Made by a program: the position numbers and the translations under genes
From: Clostridia bacterium
GTDB taxonomy: Bacteria; Bacillota; Clostridia; Christensenellales; CAG-138
Assembly: GCA_017438865.1 (NCBI GenBank)
Contig: JAFRUN010000044.1
Span: 18,765 to 82,764, forward strand
DNA length: 64,000 nt
Direction of reading: 5' to 3'
Notes under the pieces: generated by a model
The model's database searches: none
Told to the model about the DNA's origin: nothing
Seen by the model: the letters and a program-made list of their open reading frames with translations, nothing else
Shown: positions 9,486 through 20,024 of the stretch, in pieces
How positions within the stretch are numbered: position 1 is the stretch's first letter
Layout of the letters: every line of letters starts with the position of its first letter

Positions 9486-11057
9486 TCAGAAAATTTTTTT
9501 GAGCGTGCCGAGCAGACCGCGATAGAGCGACTTGCCAACCTCGCGGCCGATCGTGTTCGCGGCGGACGAGGCGGCCTTGCCGAGGGCGGAGGAGGTCTTG
9601 CTCTTGCGTTTCGCCTTTTCGCGCAGCGCGTCCTTTTCGGCCTTCGCCTTTGCCTTCGCTTCCTCTTTTTCGGCTTTTTCCTTTGCCTTGGCTTCTTCCT
9701 TTTCCTGCCGTTCGCGTTCCTTTTCGGCGGCCTCGCGTTCGGCGGCCTCCGCTTTTTCCTTCGCTTCCGCCTGCGCTTTGCCGGTCAGGATCTCATATGC
9801 GGATTCGTTGTCGACCGGATCGTCGTACTTGCCGTAGAGCGTGTCCGCCATGATCTCGGCTTTCCTGCGCTCGTCGTCGATCATGCCAATCATCGACTGC
9901 GGCGGCAGGATCGTGCAGCGTTCGACGATCGACGGACGTCCCTTCGCATCGAGGAAGCTGACCAGCGCTTCGCCGGTGCCGAGTTCAACGAGAACGTCTT
10001 CGGTCTTGAACTTCGGATTCACGCGGAACGTCGCGGCGGCGGTGCGGATCGCCTTCTGTTCGGCGGGCGTATAGGCGCGCAGCGCGTGCTGCACGCGGTT
10101 GCCGAGCTGCGCCAGCACCGGATCCGGCAGGTCGGACGGCTGCTGCGAGATGAAATAGACGCCGACGCCCTTCGAACGGATCAGCTTGACGACCTGTTCG
10201 ACCTTGTCGCGCAGCGCTTTTTTTGCGTCGGAGAAAAGGAGATGCGCCTCGTCGAAGAAGAACACGAGCTTCGGCTTTTCGAGATCGCCGACCTCGGGCA
10301 GCTCCTCGAAGAGCTCGGCAAGCAGCCACAGCATGAAGGTCGAGTACAGAAGCGGGCTCTGATAGAGCTTCGCGCAATGGAACACGTTGATATAGCCGCG
10401 TCCGTCCTCGTCCGTCTGCATCCAGTCGGAAAGGTCGATCGCGGGTTCGCCGAAGAACAGGTTTCCGCCCGCGTCCTCAAGCTGCAGGAGCGCGCGCTGG
10501 ATCGCGCCGGCGGACTGCTTTGAAATATTGCCGTATTCGTGCAGGAGCTCCGCGGCGTGCTCGGTGATGTAGGCGACCATTGCGCGAAGGTCCTTGAGAT
10601 CGATCAGAAGCCAGCCGTTGTCGTCCGCCACGCGGAACGCGATCGAAAGAACGCCGGACTGCACGTCGGATAAGCCGAGCAGGCGGGACAGAAGCTCCGC
10701 GCCCATTTCGCTGACGGTCGTGCGCACCGGATGCCCGCCCTCGCCGTACACGTCCCAGAACCGCACGGGATAGCGCCGCATTTCAAAACTGTCCGGATCG
10801 ATGCCGATGCCCGTAAGCCGCGACGCGATCTTCCCGGTCATTTCGCCCGGCTTGCAGCAGCCGCTAAGGTCGCCCTTGACGTCCGCCAGAAACACCGGCA
10901 CGCCGAGGTCGGAGAACGATTCCGCCATGACCTTCAGCGTGATCGTCTTGCCCGTGCCGGTCGCGCCGGCGATCAGGCCGTGGCGGTTCGCCGTTTCGGG
11001 AAGGATCGCAGCTTCGGTCTCGCCCCTGCCGACAAGGATTCGGTTTTCAATGCGCAT
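9486..11057 (-). CDS. HerA-like ATPase (DUF853/YjgR family)
   Basis: [42 protein letters not shown]; start MRIENR with RBS GGAGG. Confidence 0.92.
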   Translation of the reverse strand: MRIENRILVGRGETEAAILPETANRHGLIAGATGTGKTITLKVMAESFSDLGVPVFLADVKGDLSGCCKPGEMTGKIASRLTGIGIDPDSFEMRRYPVRFWDVYGEGGHPVRTTVSEMGAELLSRLLGLSDVQSGVLSIAFRVADDNGWLLIDLKDLRAMVAYITEHAAELLHEYGNISKQSAGAIQRALLQLEDAGGNLFFGEPAIDLSDWMQTDEDGRGYINVFHCAKLYQSPLLYSTFMLWLLAELFEELPEVGDLEKPKLVFFFDEAHLLFSDAKKALRDKVEQVVKLIRSKGVGVYFISQQPSDLPDPVLAQLGNRVQHALRAYTPAEQKAIRTAAATFRVNPKFKTEDVLVELGTGEALVSFLDAKGRPSIVERCTILPPQSMIGMIDDERRKAEIMADTLYGKYDDPVDNESAYEILTGKAQAEAKEKAEAAEREAAEKERERQEKEEAKAKEKAEKEEAKAKAKAEKDALREKAKRKSKTSSALGKAASSAANTIGREVGKSLYRGLLGTLKKIF

Positions 11058-11135
11058 AACTTGGATTCCTCCGGAAAGCCACATATTTTCAAACATATCA
11101 TAGCACGGATTCTTCCAAAAGTCCAATGAAATGCG

Positions 11136-11642
11136 CTATGCGCCGAAGAAAAGGGACGAAAAAAGGAGTCCCGTCACGATCGAGGTAAACAGCGCGATCA
11201 AAGCCGCGGGCACGGCGAACCGTGTCTTTCTGACGCCGGCGCTGCCGAAGTACAGGGCAAGGGTATAGAAGACCGTTTCGGACGAGCCGAGCAGCACGCT
11301 CGCCGTCAGTCCGATGCGCGAATCGGGACCGTATTCCGCAAACACGTCGGTCAGCGCGGCGAGCGCGGCGCTGCCGGAAAACGGGCGGACGAGGATCAGC
11401 GGCACAAGCGCGGGATCGACGCCGAAGAAGCGGAACGCGGGCGAAAGAACGGAAGCGAGCATCTCCGAGGCGCCGCTTTCGCGAAACAGCGTCATCGCCG
11501 CCGAAAAGACCGCGAGCGTCGGCAGGATCGTTTTGAGGAGCGGGATCGCCCGCGCCGCGCCCTCGCGGAACGCCTCGAACACGTTGACGCGTTGCGCGGC
11601 GGCAAACAGCAGCAGCGCAAGGATCAGGATCGCGACGGGCAT
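11136..11642 (-). CDS. spmB: Spore maturation protein B
   Basis: VRPFSGSAA, YGPDSRIG, GSSETVFYTLALYFGSAGVRKTRFA; downstream of spmA. Confidence 0.88.
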   Translation of the reverse strand: MPVAILILALLLFAAAQRVNVFEAFREGAARAIPLLKTILPTLAVFSAAMTLFRESGASEMLASVLSPAFRFFGVDPALVPLILVRPFSGSAALAALTDVFAEYGPDSRIGLTASVLLGSSETVFYTLALYFGSAGVRKTRFAVPAALIALFTSIVTGLLFSSLFFGA

Positions 11643-12199
11643 GGGCGGATGAACAAAAGACAGAGCACGACGGCGACGATCGTTGAACAGAGCGAGCTCA
11701 TCAGCGTCGGCAGCACGACGGCGGACGGCACGGCGGAGCCGAAGCCGGACCGGATCCCGACGAGCGTCGCGGGGAACAGCTCGAGGCACGAGGCGTTGAC
11801 GACAAGCAGCACGCACATCCCGTTTGTGGCGACGCCCTTATGCGGGTTTTCCTCCTCCATCAGCCGCATGGCGGAAAGACCGTAGGGCGTGGCGGCGTTG
11901 CCCATGCCGAGCATGTTGGCGGCAAGGTTCATCGAGATCGCTTCGCGCGCGTTTTTCGCATCCGGAAACAGCAGCCGGAGCGCGGGGGAAAGCAGACGCG
12001 ACAGCGCTTTGATGAGCCCGGCTTTTTCGGCGACGTTCAGAAGCCCCATCCAAAGCAGATATGCGCCGGAGAGCCGCAGGATGTTTTCGACCGCGGACGC
12101 CGCGCCGTTCTGCAGCGCGGAAAGCACGCCGTCCGCTTTGCCAAAAAGCAGCGAAACGGCGATCCCGGCGACCAAAAGAAGCAGAATCACGATATTCAT
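11624..12199 (-). CDS. spmA: Spore maturation protein A
   Basis: MNLAANMLGMGNAATPYGLSAM, LLVVNASCLELFPAT. Confidence 0.9.
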   Translation of the reverse strand: MNIVILLLLVAGIAVSLLFGKADGVLSALQNGAASAVENILRLSGAYLLWMGLLNVAEKAGLIKALSRLLSPALRLLFPDAKNAREAISMNLAANMLGMGNAATPYGLSAMRLMEEENPHKGVATNGMCVLLVVNASCLELFPATLVGIRSGFGSAVPSAVVLPTLMSSLCSTIVAVVLCLLFIRPCPSRS

Positions 12200-12326
12200 G
12201 GTTCATGGTATGAAGAAAATACGTAGAAAAAGCGTCTTTTTTGAAAACGATCGCAAAAAAAACGCACAAACCGATTTTTTCTGTTATAATGATAAGCGGA
12301 AATTTATTACCCGGAGATCATATACC

Positions 12327-14708
12327 GTGAAAAAAGGGATTTGTATCATATTGATTTTCATTATGCTGTTCGGCGCGATGCTGCCGATCGGCTGTTCCGT
12401 GCCGCACGGAAACGGGAGCGAGGTCTGTCTGTCGTTCATCGAATATGTTGCGGAGGGCAGCTACGGCGCGGCGTACGACCTGCTGTCCGATTCCGTGAAG
12501 AACACGACGGGCACGGACACAAAGCCGGGCGATCCGATGATCAGCGCCAAGGAGTTTGCCGAAAAGTATCAGCAGATCTTCGAGGCGGTCGGGCTGAAAG
12601 AGATCAGCTACATCGTTCGCACCGTTTCGGACGCGTCGATCACGAGCTCCGTTGATTTTCAGATGACTTACGACACGTCGCTCGGCGAGATGACCAACGA
12701 TTATACGATCAACGCCGCGTATGAAAACGGACGCTGGGGCATCCTTTGGACGCCCGCGCTGATCTTCCCCACGATGGAATGGGGGGACAAGCTGCTGGTC
12801 GGTATCAACTACCCGAAGCGCGGCGAGATCTTCGACTGCAACGGCGAGCTGCTCGTCAAAAACCTTTCTCCGATCACGGTCTTCTGCGTCCCGAACCACA
12901 TTCCGAAGGATAAAAAGGAAGAGGTCATCAAGCAGATTCTGGCGATCCCGATCCTGAAGCCCTCCGGTACGCCGGCGGACGAATATGAAGAGCTGGTGCG
13001 AAAGGCGATCAACAGCACCAACTCCTCGGCGGTCATTGCAAAGCTCTATCCGGATCAGATGGACGACGCGCTCGAGGAACGGCTTCTGGCGATCGAGGGC
13101 ATCGGTATCGATAAGAACGCCAGCTTGACGTCCACGCGCTTCCGCGAATACCCATACGGCCGGTCGGCGTCCCATCTTCTGGGCTTTGCCTCGATCATGT
13201 GGGAAACGACGTGGAAGGACATCAAAAAGAAGCGCGAGGCGGCGGCAGGCAAGAACGCGACCGAAGAGGATATTGCCGCGGCGGAGGCGTTTGCCGTTTA
13301 CGAAAAGGACAGCTGGATGGGATATGCCGGTCTCGAGCAGCAGTATGAATCGCTGCTGCGCGGGCAAAAGGGCGGCTACGCATACATCCAGGGACTGGAC
13401 GGAAGCAACCGTCAAACGCTTTATAACAACCCGGCGATCGACGGTCAGGACCTGCATCTGACGCTGGACATCAAGATGCAGCAGCGCGTAGAGGAGGTCG
13501 TAAAGACCGTCGTCTACGACAGCAGCATCGGCGGGACCGTCATCGTCATGAATCCGAAGACCGGCGCGATCGAGGCGCTGTACTCGTTCCCGGACTACGA
13601 CGTGGAATCGTTCAGCCGAGGCACCGTCGGCACCGAGGCGTTCGAAGCGCTGGAAAAGGACCCGCAGACGCCGATGTTGAACCGCGCGATCCAGGGCCTT
13701 TATGCGCCGGGATCGACGTTCAAGCCGTTCACCGGCGTCGGCGCGCTGGAGGCGGGCGTCGCCACGCCGGAGACAGAATTTCCGAAGAGCGAACAGGATC
13801 ACATCCGCATTGCGCGCTATACCACGTCGGGCGGAAGCTGGAAGGACGCATGGGAGGTCAAAAAGGGCGAATACGCCTACACCGGCATCGAGGAGATCAC
13901 CCGCACCTATTCCTCCGGTCGCCATACGCCGATGAATATGGAATCGAGCATCATTGACTCCGATAATATCTTCTTTGCATGGATGGCGCTGAAGCTCGGC
14001 TGGGACCGGTTCAAGGATTATCTCAAGTTCATCGGCATGGGCGAAAGCGTTCCGTTCGACCTGCCGACGCAGCCGTCGCAGATCAAGAACGAGGGCAGCA
14101 CCGAGACCTACACCCTGCTTGCGATGAGCGGCTACGGACAGGGCGAGCTGCTGGTCACGCCGCTGCAGATGGCGAGCTATATCGCAGCGTTCCGCAACGA
14201 CGGAAACGCGCCGATCCCCTATGTGGTCGATTCGATCTGGCAGGCGGAGGGACAGAATTATACCGAAACGTACAAGCATGAGACAGGCGCGGTCTGGAAA
14301 AGGATCTGCTCGAAGACCAATGCGGATATCATGGCGAACATGATGATCGGCGTATGCAAGCTGCCGGAGAATCACGGCGGCACGGGCCGATATCTCGGCG
14401 TCAGGAGCTATATCATTTCGGGCAAGACGGGAACCGCCGAGGTCGGCAACAAGAAGGATAAGAATTCACAGGCGAAAAAGGAAATCGCTTGGTTCATCGG
14501 CTTCCGTGAGGCGAACAAGGACGGCTCCGAGGTCAGCCCGGAGGACGAACGTCTGGTCATGGTCATGCTGGAGCTCGATATGGAGCATCTGCCGGAGGAG
14601 TATTCGCTGATGAAATTCATGACCGCGCGCGTGCTTCTGAAGGACGACGAGCTGACGAAGCCCGGCGTGACGCAGAGTGCGTTTTTGACGGCGGGCGTCG
14701 GCAACTGA
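12327..14708 (+). CDS. Class B penicillin-binding protein with NTF2-like (MecA_N) N-terminal domain
   Basis: GTG start; PKRGEIFD, GLEQQYE, SxxK GSTFK, SDN, KTG; TGnTATAAT upstream. Confidence 0.9.
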   Translation: MKKGICIILIFIMLFGAMLPIGCSVPHGNGSEVCLSFIEYVAEGSYGAAYDLLSDSVKNTTGTDTKPGDPMISAKEFAEKYQQIFEAVGLKEISYIVRTVSDASITSSVDFQMTYDTSLGEMTNDYTINAAYENGRWGILWTPALIFPTMEWGDKLLVGINYPKRGEIFDCNGELLVKNLSPITVFCVPNHIPKDKKEEVIKQILAIPILKPSGTPADEYEELVRKAINSTNSSAVIAKLYPDQMDDALEERLLAIEGIGIDKNASLTSTRFREYPYGRSASHLLGFASIMWETTWKDIKKKREAAAGKNATEEDIAAAEAFAVYEKDSWMGYAGLEQQYESLLRGQKGGYAYIQGLDGSNRQTLYNNPAIDGQDLHLTLDIKMQQRVEEVVKTVVYDSSIGGTVIVMNPKTGAIEALYSFPDYDVESFSRGTVGTEAFEALEKDPQTPMLNRAIQGLYAPGSTFKPFTGVGALEAGVATPETEFPKSEQDHIRIARYTTSGGSWKDAWEVKKGEYAYTGIEEITRTYSSGRHTPMNMESSIIDSDNIFFAWMALKLGWDRFKDYLKFIGMGESVPFDLPTQPSQIKNEGSTETYTLLAMSGYGQGELLVTPLQMASYIAAFRNDGNAPIPYVVDSIWQAEGQNYTETYKHETGAVWKRICSKTNADIMANMMIGVCKLPENHGGTGRYLGVRSYIISGKTGTAEVGNKKDKNSQAKKEIAWFIGFREANKDGSEVSPEDERLVMVMLELDMEHLPEEYSLMKFMTARVLLKDDELTKPGVTQSAFLTAGVGN

Positions 14709-14751
14709 CAGGCGTTTTTGCGCATAGGATAGAAACGAGGGGGAGAACAGC

Positions 14752-15816
14752 ATGAAAAAAGTCATCGTTTTTACGGGCGGCGGCACGGCGGGGCATGTGA
14801 CGCCGAACCTCGCGCTGATCGAAAAACTCGACCGCAGCGAATGGGACATTCATTATATCGGCACGTCCGGTATGGAAAAGGAGCTCTTGAAAGCGGTTCC
14901 GGACGTGATCTATCACGAGATCGATTCGGGCAAGCTGCGGCGCTATGCCAGCTTGAAAACGCTGACCATGCCGTTTCATGTGCAGAAGGGGTACCGTCAG
15001 GCGAAGAACATCTTAAAGGCGCTGAAGCCCGCCGTCGTGTTCAGCAAGGGCGGCTATGTTTCCGTGCCCGTCGTTGCCGCGGCAAAGGGACTTTGCCCGG
15101 TGCTCACACACGAATCGGACTATACCCCCGGTCTCGCGAACAAAATCGACGCGCATTTTGCGGATAAGGTGCTCGTGACGTTTGCGGACACGGTTCCCTA
15201 TGTAAAGGGCAATAAGGGCGTGCACACCGGCACGCCGATCCGTCCGGAGCTGTACCGCGGCTCGCGCGAACGCGCGCTCGGATTCACCGGCCTTTCCGGA
15301 GAGAAGCCGGTCCTTCTGGTAACGGGCGGCAGTCTCGGCGCGGTCGCGGTCAACGTCGCCGTGCGCGAAGCGCTGCCGGAGCTTCTGAAAACCTTTGACG
15401 TCGTGCATCTGTGCGGCAAAGGCAAGCTGGATGAAACCGTCTCCATGCCCGGATATCTGCAGTACGAGTACATCCGCGAGGAGATGGCGGACCTCTTTGC
15501 GCTGGCGGACGTCGTCGTTTCCCGCGCGGGCGCAAACGCTGTGTTCGAGCTTCTGGCGCTTCAAAAACCCATGCTTTTGCTGCCGCTGTCCGGCGCGTCC
15601 ACACGCGGCGATCAGGAACTGAACGCGGCGTATTTTGAAAAGCGCGGCTATGCGCGCGTGCTGAAGGCGGATGAAGTGAACGCGCAATCCGTGCTCCGCG
15701 AGGTGACCGCGCTGTATGAAAACCGCGAAACATATATCGAAACGATGCGTCACGCCGAGAGCGTCGACGGCACCGAGCATATTCTGCGACTGATCCGCGA
15801 AGCGGCGAACGCATGA
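14752..15816 (+). CDS. murG: Undecaprenyl-PP-MurNAc-pentapeptide GlcNAc transferase
   Basis: GGGTAGHV, FSKGGYVSVP, GGSLGA, SRAGAN, DQELNA. Confidence 0.95.
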   Translation: MKKVIVFTGGGTAGHVTPNLALIEKLDRSEWDIHYIGTSGMEKELLKAVPDVIYHEIDSGKLRRYASLKTLTMPFHVQKGYRQAKNILKALKPAVVFSKGGYVSVPVVAAAKGLCPVLTHESDYTPGLANKIDAHFADKVLVTFADTVPYVKGNKGVHTGTPIRPELYRGSRERALGFTGLSGEKPVLLVTGGSLGAVAVNVAVREALPELLKTFDVVHLCGKGKLDETVSMPGYLQYEYIREEMADLFALADVVVSRAGANAVFELLALQKPMLLLPLSGASTRGDQELNAAYFEKRGYARVLKADEVNAQSVLREVTALYENRETYIETMRHAESVDGTEHILRLIREAANA

Positions 15817-17255
15817 CGACGGCGGAACTGATCGGACAACTGAACGGCGAAACCGCGGTCGAGGCGCTGTCTGCGCTCTGCGCGACGGCAAAGACCAAAC
15901 AGGGCAGAGCGGAGATCGAAGCGGCGCTTTCCGATCGCGCTTTGCTTTCCTCACTGGCGGAAAGCGACCGGCCGAAGGTGCGCAAGAACGCATACCGCCT
16001 GATCGGCGCGCTGGAAAACGAGACGTACGTCCCCGTACTTATTCGCGCGCTCGAAACCGAAACGACGCTGTTCGCCGTGCCGAGTCTTTTGCTCGCGCTC
16101 GGCAAGCTCAACGCAAAGGACGCGCTGCTTTCCTACCGCGTGCCGGTTTCGGAATCCGGAGAAACGGACAAGCATATCGCCGAGATCGCGCTGGCATACG
16201 AAAAGGCGACGCAGCGGTTTATGACCGTGCCGGAACGGACGCTTTTAAAGCTCGCTGCGCCGCGTGAAGTGCTGTGTTTTGCACCGCACGGCTTTGCAAA
16301 GGAGCTTTCCGGGGAACTTCGCTCGCTCGGATTTTCGGGAAAGATCAAAGGCGACGCGGTCTCTCTGTTCACGGATGAAATTGCAAAAATCTATCGCGCA
16401 AACTGCATGACGGAAGCGCTGCTGCCGGTCGCGTTCGACGTGCCGATGGAGCCGAAGGCGATCGCCGCCGCGGCGAAAAACTGTATCGGGACGTATTATC
16501 GCATCGAGATCCGCGGATACTTAAAGGACCGGAGCGGGTTCATCGAGCGTTTGAAAGGGCTTCTGGACGGACACAACAATCCGTCGGCATACGACTGCGA
16601 GCTGCGCATCGATTCGCGCAACGATGTCTGCGACCTCTACTGGAAGCTGTGGAACGTCAAAGACGAACGCTATCCGTGGCGCAAGGGCACACTGCCCGCG
16701 TCGATGCAGCCCGCGCTGGCGTACGCGATGAGCCGCTACGCGCTTTCGCTGACAAAATGTGACCGTCCCGCGGTGTTCGATCCGTTCTGCGGCTCGGGCT
16801 CGCTGCTCTTTGCGGCGGAGGCGCAGGCGAACTGCAAAACGCTGACGGGCGTGGACAAAAGCGGCACGGCGATCGTGACCGCAAGGGAGAACGCAAGGGC
16901 AATACAGAGCCGCGCGCGGTTCATCTGCCGCGACATTCTGCGGTTCGAGGCGAAAAGCGGCGCGGACCTTGTGATCGGCAATCTCCCGTTCGGCAGCCGC
17001 GTGGGTTCGCATCGCGAGAACGAAACGCTGTACGCACGTTTTCTGAAGCGCCTTCCGTATTATCTGAACGACGGCGGCGTTGCGGTGCTCTATACCGCGG
17101 ACGCGAAGCTCCTCGAACGGCTGATCAAGGAAAATCCGCATCTTTCGCTCCGCGAAAAGCGGCGCACGGCGGCGGGCGGACTTTCTCCGTGGATTTTCAC
17201 GGTTGACAAAAACGCACAGTCTTCTTATACTGACAGGAACAAGGAGAGAGAATGA
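15813..17255 (+). CDS. Putative RNA (guanine-N2) methyltransferase (RlmL/Trm14-like) with N-terminal HEAT-like helices
   Basis: ASMQPALA, FDPFCGSGSL, NLPFG; N-terminal PKVRKNAYRLIG. Confidence 0.7.
   Translation: MTTAELIGQLNGETAVEALSALCATAKTKQGRAEIEAALSDRALLSSLAESDRPKVRKNAYRLIGALENETYVPVLIRALETETTLFAVPSLLLALGKLNAKDALLSYRVPVSESGETDKHIAEIALAYEKATQRFMTVPERTLLKLAAPREVLCFAPHGFAKELSGELRSLGFSGKIKGDAVSLFTDEIAKIYRANCMTEALLPVAFDVPMEPKAIAAAAKNCIGTYYRIEIRGYLKDRSGFIERLKGLLDGHNNPSAYDCELRIDSRNDVCDLYWKLWNVKDERYPWRKGTLPASMQPALAYAMSRYALSLTKCDRPAVFDPFCGSGSLLFAAEAQANCKTLTGVDKSGTAIVTARENARAIQSRARFICRDILRFEAKSGADLVIGNLPFGSRVGSHRENETLYARFLKRLPYYLNDGGVAVLYTADAKLLERLIKENPHLSLREKRRTAAGGLSPWIFTVDKNAQSSYTDRNKERE
17203..17231 (+). 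promoter_or_regulatory. sigmaA promoter for metG embedded in the upstream CDS
   Basis: TTGACA-17 nt-TATACT. Confidence 0.75.
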
Positions 17256-17256
17256 T

Positions 17257-19209
17257 ATGAGACAGAAGTATTACATGACGACGGCGATCGCCTATGCGTC
17301 CGGGAAACCGCACATCGGCAACACCTACGAGGCGATCCTTGCGGACAGCATCGCGCGGTTCAAGCGCTACGAGGGCTACGACGTCTATCTGCAGACCGGC
17401 ACGGACGAGCACGGTCAGAAGATCGAGGAAAAGGCGAAGAACGCGGGACAGACGCCGAAGGAATACGTCGACCGCGTCGCCGGCGAGATCAAGCGCATCT
17501 GGGATCTCATGGGCACGTCCTACGACCGCTTCATCCGCACGACCGACGACGACCACGTCGCGCAGGTGCAGAAGATCTTCAAATATATGTACGACAAGGG
17601 CGATATCTATAAAGGATATTACGAGGGTATGTACTGCCTGCCCTGCGAGTCGTTCTTCACGCCCTCGCAGCTTGTGGACGGCAAGTGCCCCGACTGCGGC
17701 GGGAAGGTGCAGCCCGCAAAGGAGGAGGCGTACTTCTTCAAGATGAGCAAGTACGCGCCGAAACTCATCGACTACATCAACACGCATCCCGATTTCATCA
17801 AGCCCGTTTCGCGCAGAAACGAGATGATGAACAACTTCCTGCTGCCCGGGCTTCAGGACCTTTGCGTATCGCGCACGTCGTTTTCGTGGGGCATTCCGGT
17901 CGACTTCGATCCGAAGCATGTGGTCTACGTCTGGCTGGACGCGCTTGCAAACTACATCACCTGCATCGGCTACGACTGCGGCGGCGAATCGACGGAGCAG
18001 TTCAAAAAGCTCTGGCCCGCGGACGTGCACATCATCGGCAAGGACATCATCCGTTTCCATACGATCTACTGGCCGATCTTTCTGATGTCGCTGGACATCC
18101 CGCTGCCGAAGACCGTGTTCGGGCATCCGTGGCTTCTGCAGGGTGAGGGCAAGATGAGCAAATCGAAGGGCAACGTGATGTATGCCGACGATCTCGCGGA
18201 TCTGTTCGGCGTCGATGCGGTGCGCTATTATGTGCTCAGGGAGATGCCGTTCGACAACGACGGTTCGATCACATGGGACAACCTCATTGAGCGGCTCAAC
18301 GCGGACCTCGCGAACACGCTCGGCAACCTCGTGAACCGCACGGTCGCCATGAGCAATAAATACTTCGGCGGGACCGTGAAGCGCACCGGCGCCGCGGAAC
18401 CGGTCGACGCGGAGCTCAAGGCGGTCGCAGCCGGCGCGGCGGAGCGTGTGCGGAAGGCGACGGACGATTTCCGGATCGCGGACGCGCTCGAGGAGATCTT
18501 CAATATCTTCCGCCGCAGCAACAAGTACATCGACGAGACCGCGCCCTGGGTTCTTGCGAAGGATCCCGAAAAGGCGGACCGTCTTTCGGAAGTGCTCTAT
18601 AACCTGATCGAAAGCATCTCGATCGGCGCAAACCTGCTCGCTCCGTTTCTTCCCGCAACGGGAGAGAAGATCCTCGCGCAGATCGGCACGGAACCGCGCG
18701 CGCTCGAAACGCTCGATTCGTTCGGACTGTATCCCGCGGCGGGCGGCAAGGTTGCGGAAAAGCCGGAGATCCTCTTTGCGCGGCTCGATCCGAAGGTCGT
18801 GATGGAAAAGGTCGAAGCGCTGCAGAACGCGCAGAAAGCCGCGGCGCAGCCGCAGGGACCGGCGCTTCCGCCGATCAAGGACGAGATCACCTACGACGAG
18901 TTTCAAAAGCTCGATCTGCGCCTTGCAAAGGTCGTCGCCTGCGAGGAGGTCAAACGCTCGAAAAAGCTCCTGAAGCTGACCGTCTCTCTGGGGACGGAGG
19001 AGCGCACGGTCGTTTCCGGCATCAAGAGCTGGTACAAGCCCGAAGACCTTATCGGCAAGACGGTCGTGCTGGTCGCGAACCTCAAGCCCGTCACGCTCTG
19101 CGGCGTGGAAAGCCACGGCATGATCCTGTGCGCATCCGATCCGGAAGATAAGGAGCTTGCGTTCCTTACGCCCGAAAAGGCGCTGCCCGCGGGCTGGGTG
19201 GTGCGCTGA
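17257..19209 (+). CDS. metG: Methionine--tRNA ligase
   Basis: PHIGN, GTDEHG, CxxC knuckle, KMSKS, C-terminal tRNA-binding domain. Confidence 0.97.
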   Translation: MRQKYYMTTAIAYASGKPHIGNTYEAILADSIARFKRYEGYDVYLQTGTDEHGQKIEEKAKNAGQTPKEYVDRVAGEIKRIWDLMGTSYDRFIRTTDDDHVAQVQKIFKYMYDKGDIYKGYYEGMYCLPCESFFTPSQLVDGKCPDCGGKVQPAKEEAYFFKMSKYAPKLIDYINTHPDFIKPVSRRNEMMNNFLLPGLQDLCVSRTSFSWGIPVDFDPKHVVYVWLDALANYITCIGYDCGGESTEQFKKLWPADVHIIGKDIIRFHTIYWPIFLMSLDIPLPKTVFGHPWLLQGEGKMSKSKGNVMYADDLADLFGVDAVRYYVLREMPFDNDGSITWDNLIERLNADLANTLGNLVNRTVAMSNKYFGGTVKRTGAAEPVDAELKAVAAGAAERVRKATDDFRIADALEEIFNIFRRSNKYIDETAPWVLAKDPEKADRLSEVLYNLIESISIGANLLAPFLPATGEKILAQIGTEPRALETLDSFGLYPAAGGKVAEKPEILFARLDPKVVMEKVEALQNAQKAAAQPQGPALPPIKDEITYDEFQKLDLRLAKVVACEEVKRSKKLLKLTVSLGTEERTVVSGIKSWYKPEDLIGKTVVLVANLKPVTLCGVESHGMILCASDPEDKELAFLTPEKALPAGWVVR

Positions 19210-19976
19210 TGCGGCTGTTCGATACCCACGCGCACATCCTCGACGAACAGTTCGACGCGGATCGCGACGCGCTGATCGCGTCGCTGCCGGAAGCGGGGAT
19301 CGTGCACGTCATGGAAGCGTGCTGCGACGAAGCGGAGATCGACCGCGTGGTCGCGCTTGTCGAACGCGTTCCGTTCTTTTTCGGCAGCGCGGGCGTGCAT
19401 CCGCATTCCGCGGACGAATTCCGTCCCGAAACGCTTGAGCACATCAGGACGGCGCTTACGCACGAGCGTATGCTTGCGATCGGCGAGATCGGGCTCGATT
19501 ACCACTACGATTTCTCCCCGCGCGGCGTACAGCGCGACTGCTTCGACGCGCAGCTTGCGCTGGCGGCGGAGCTTCATGCGCCGGTCATCATCCACGACCG
19601 CGAGGCGCACGGCGATACGATGGACCTTCTGCGGCAATACCGCGGAAAGCTCTCGGGCGTGATGCACTGCTTTTCGGCAAGCTGGGAGATCGCGAAGGAA
19701 TGCATCGATCTCGGTCTGTATGTGGCGTTCGGCGGCGCACTGACGTTCAAAAACGCGGTCAATCAATGGGCGATCGCGGCGAAGCTGCCGCAGGACCGGC
19801 TTCTCATCGAAACCGACTGTCCGTATATGACGCCGGTGCCGTTCCGCGGTACGCGCAACGATCCGACGCGCATCGTTCTGACGCTCCGGAAACTCGCCGG
19901 GCTGCGCGAAACGGATCCGGAAACGCTTGCCGAAGCGCTGTTTGAAAACAGCTTCCGCGCGTTCGGGATCAGATAA
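19209..19976 (+). CDS. tatD: TatD-family nuclease
   Basis: DTHAH, GVHPH, GEIGLDY, HCFS, ETDCPY. Confidence 0.95.
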   Translation: MRLFDTHAHILDEQFDADRDALIASLPEAGIVHVMEACCDEAEIDRVVALVERVPFFFGSAGVHPHSADEFRPETLEHIRTALTHERMLAIGEIGLDYHYDFSPRGVQRDCFDAQLALAAELHAPVIIHDREAHGDTMDLLRQYRGKLSGVMHCFSASWEIAKECIDLGLYVAFGGALTFKNAVNQWAIAAKLPQDRLLIETDCPYMTPVPFRGTRNDPTRIVLTLRKLAGLRETDPETLAEALFENSFRAFGIR

Positions 19977-19984
19977 AGCAAATC

Positions 19985-20013
19985 AAAAGGACTGCCTGCC
20001 GGCAGTCCTTTTT
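19985..20013. terminator. Bidirectional intrinsic terminator
   Basis: AAAAGGACTGCC-tgcc-GGCAGTCCTTTTT between convergent genes. Confidence 0.85.
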
Positions 20014-20024
20014 CATGCGGTTTC

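Noticed and set aside
7368-10523. 1051-aa plus-strand ORF and similar long antisense ORFs (e.g. 28346-30463, 57145-59151)
   Set aside because: Opposite to well-supported genes; Arg-rich shadow composition
9486-11057. HerA-like ATPase as an anti-phage system
   Set aside because: DUF853/YjgR family with no adjacent nuclease or SIR2 effector
17100-17256. T-box leader for metG
   Set aside because: Promoter is about 25 nt from the start; no T-box motif or terminator
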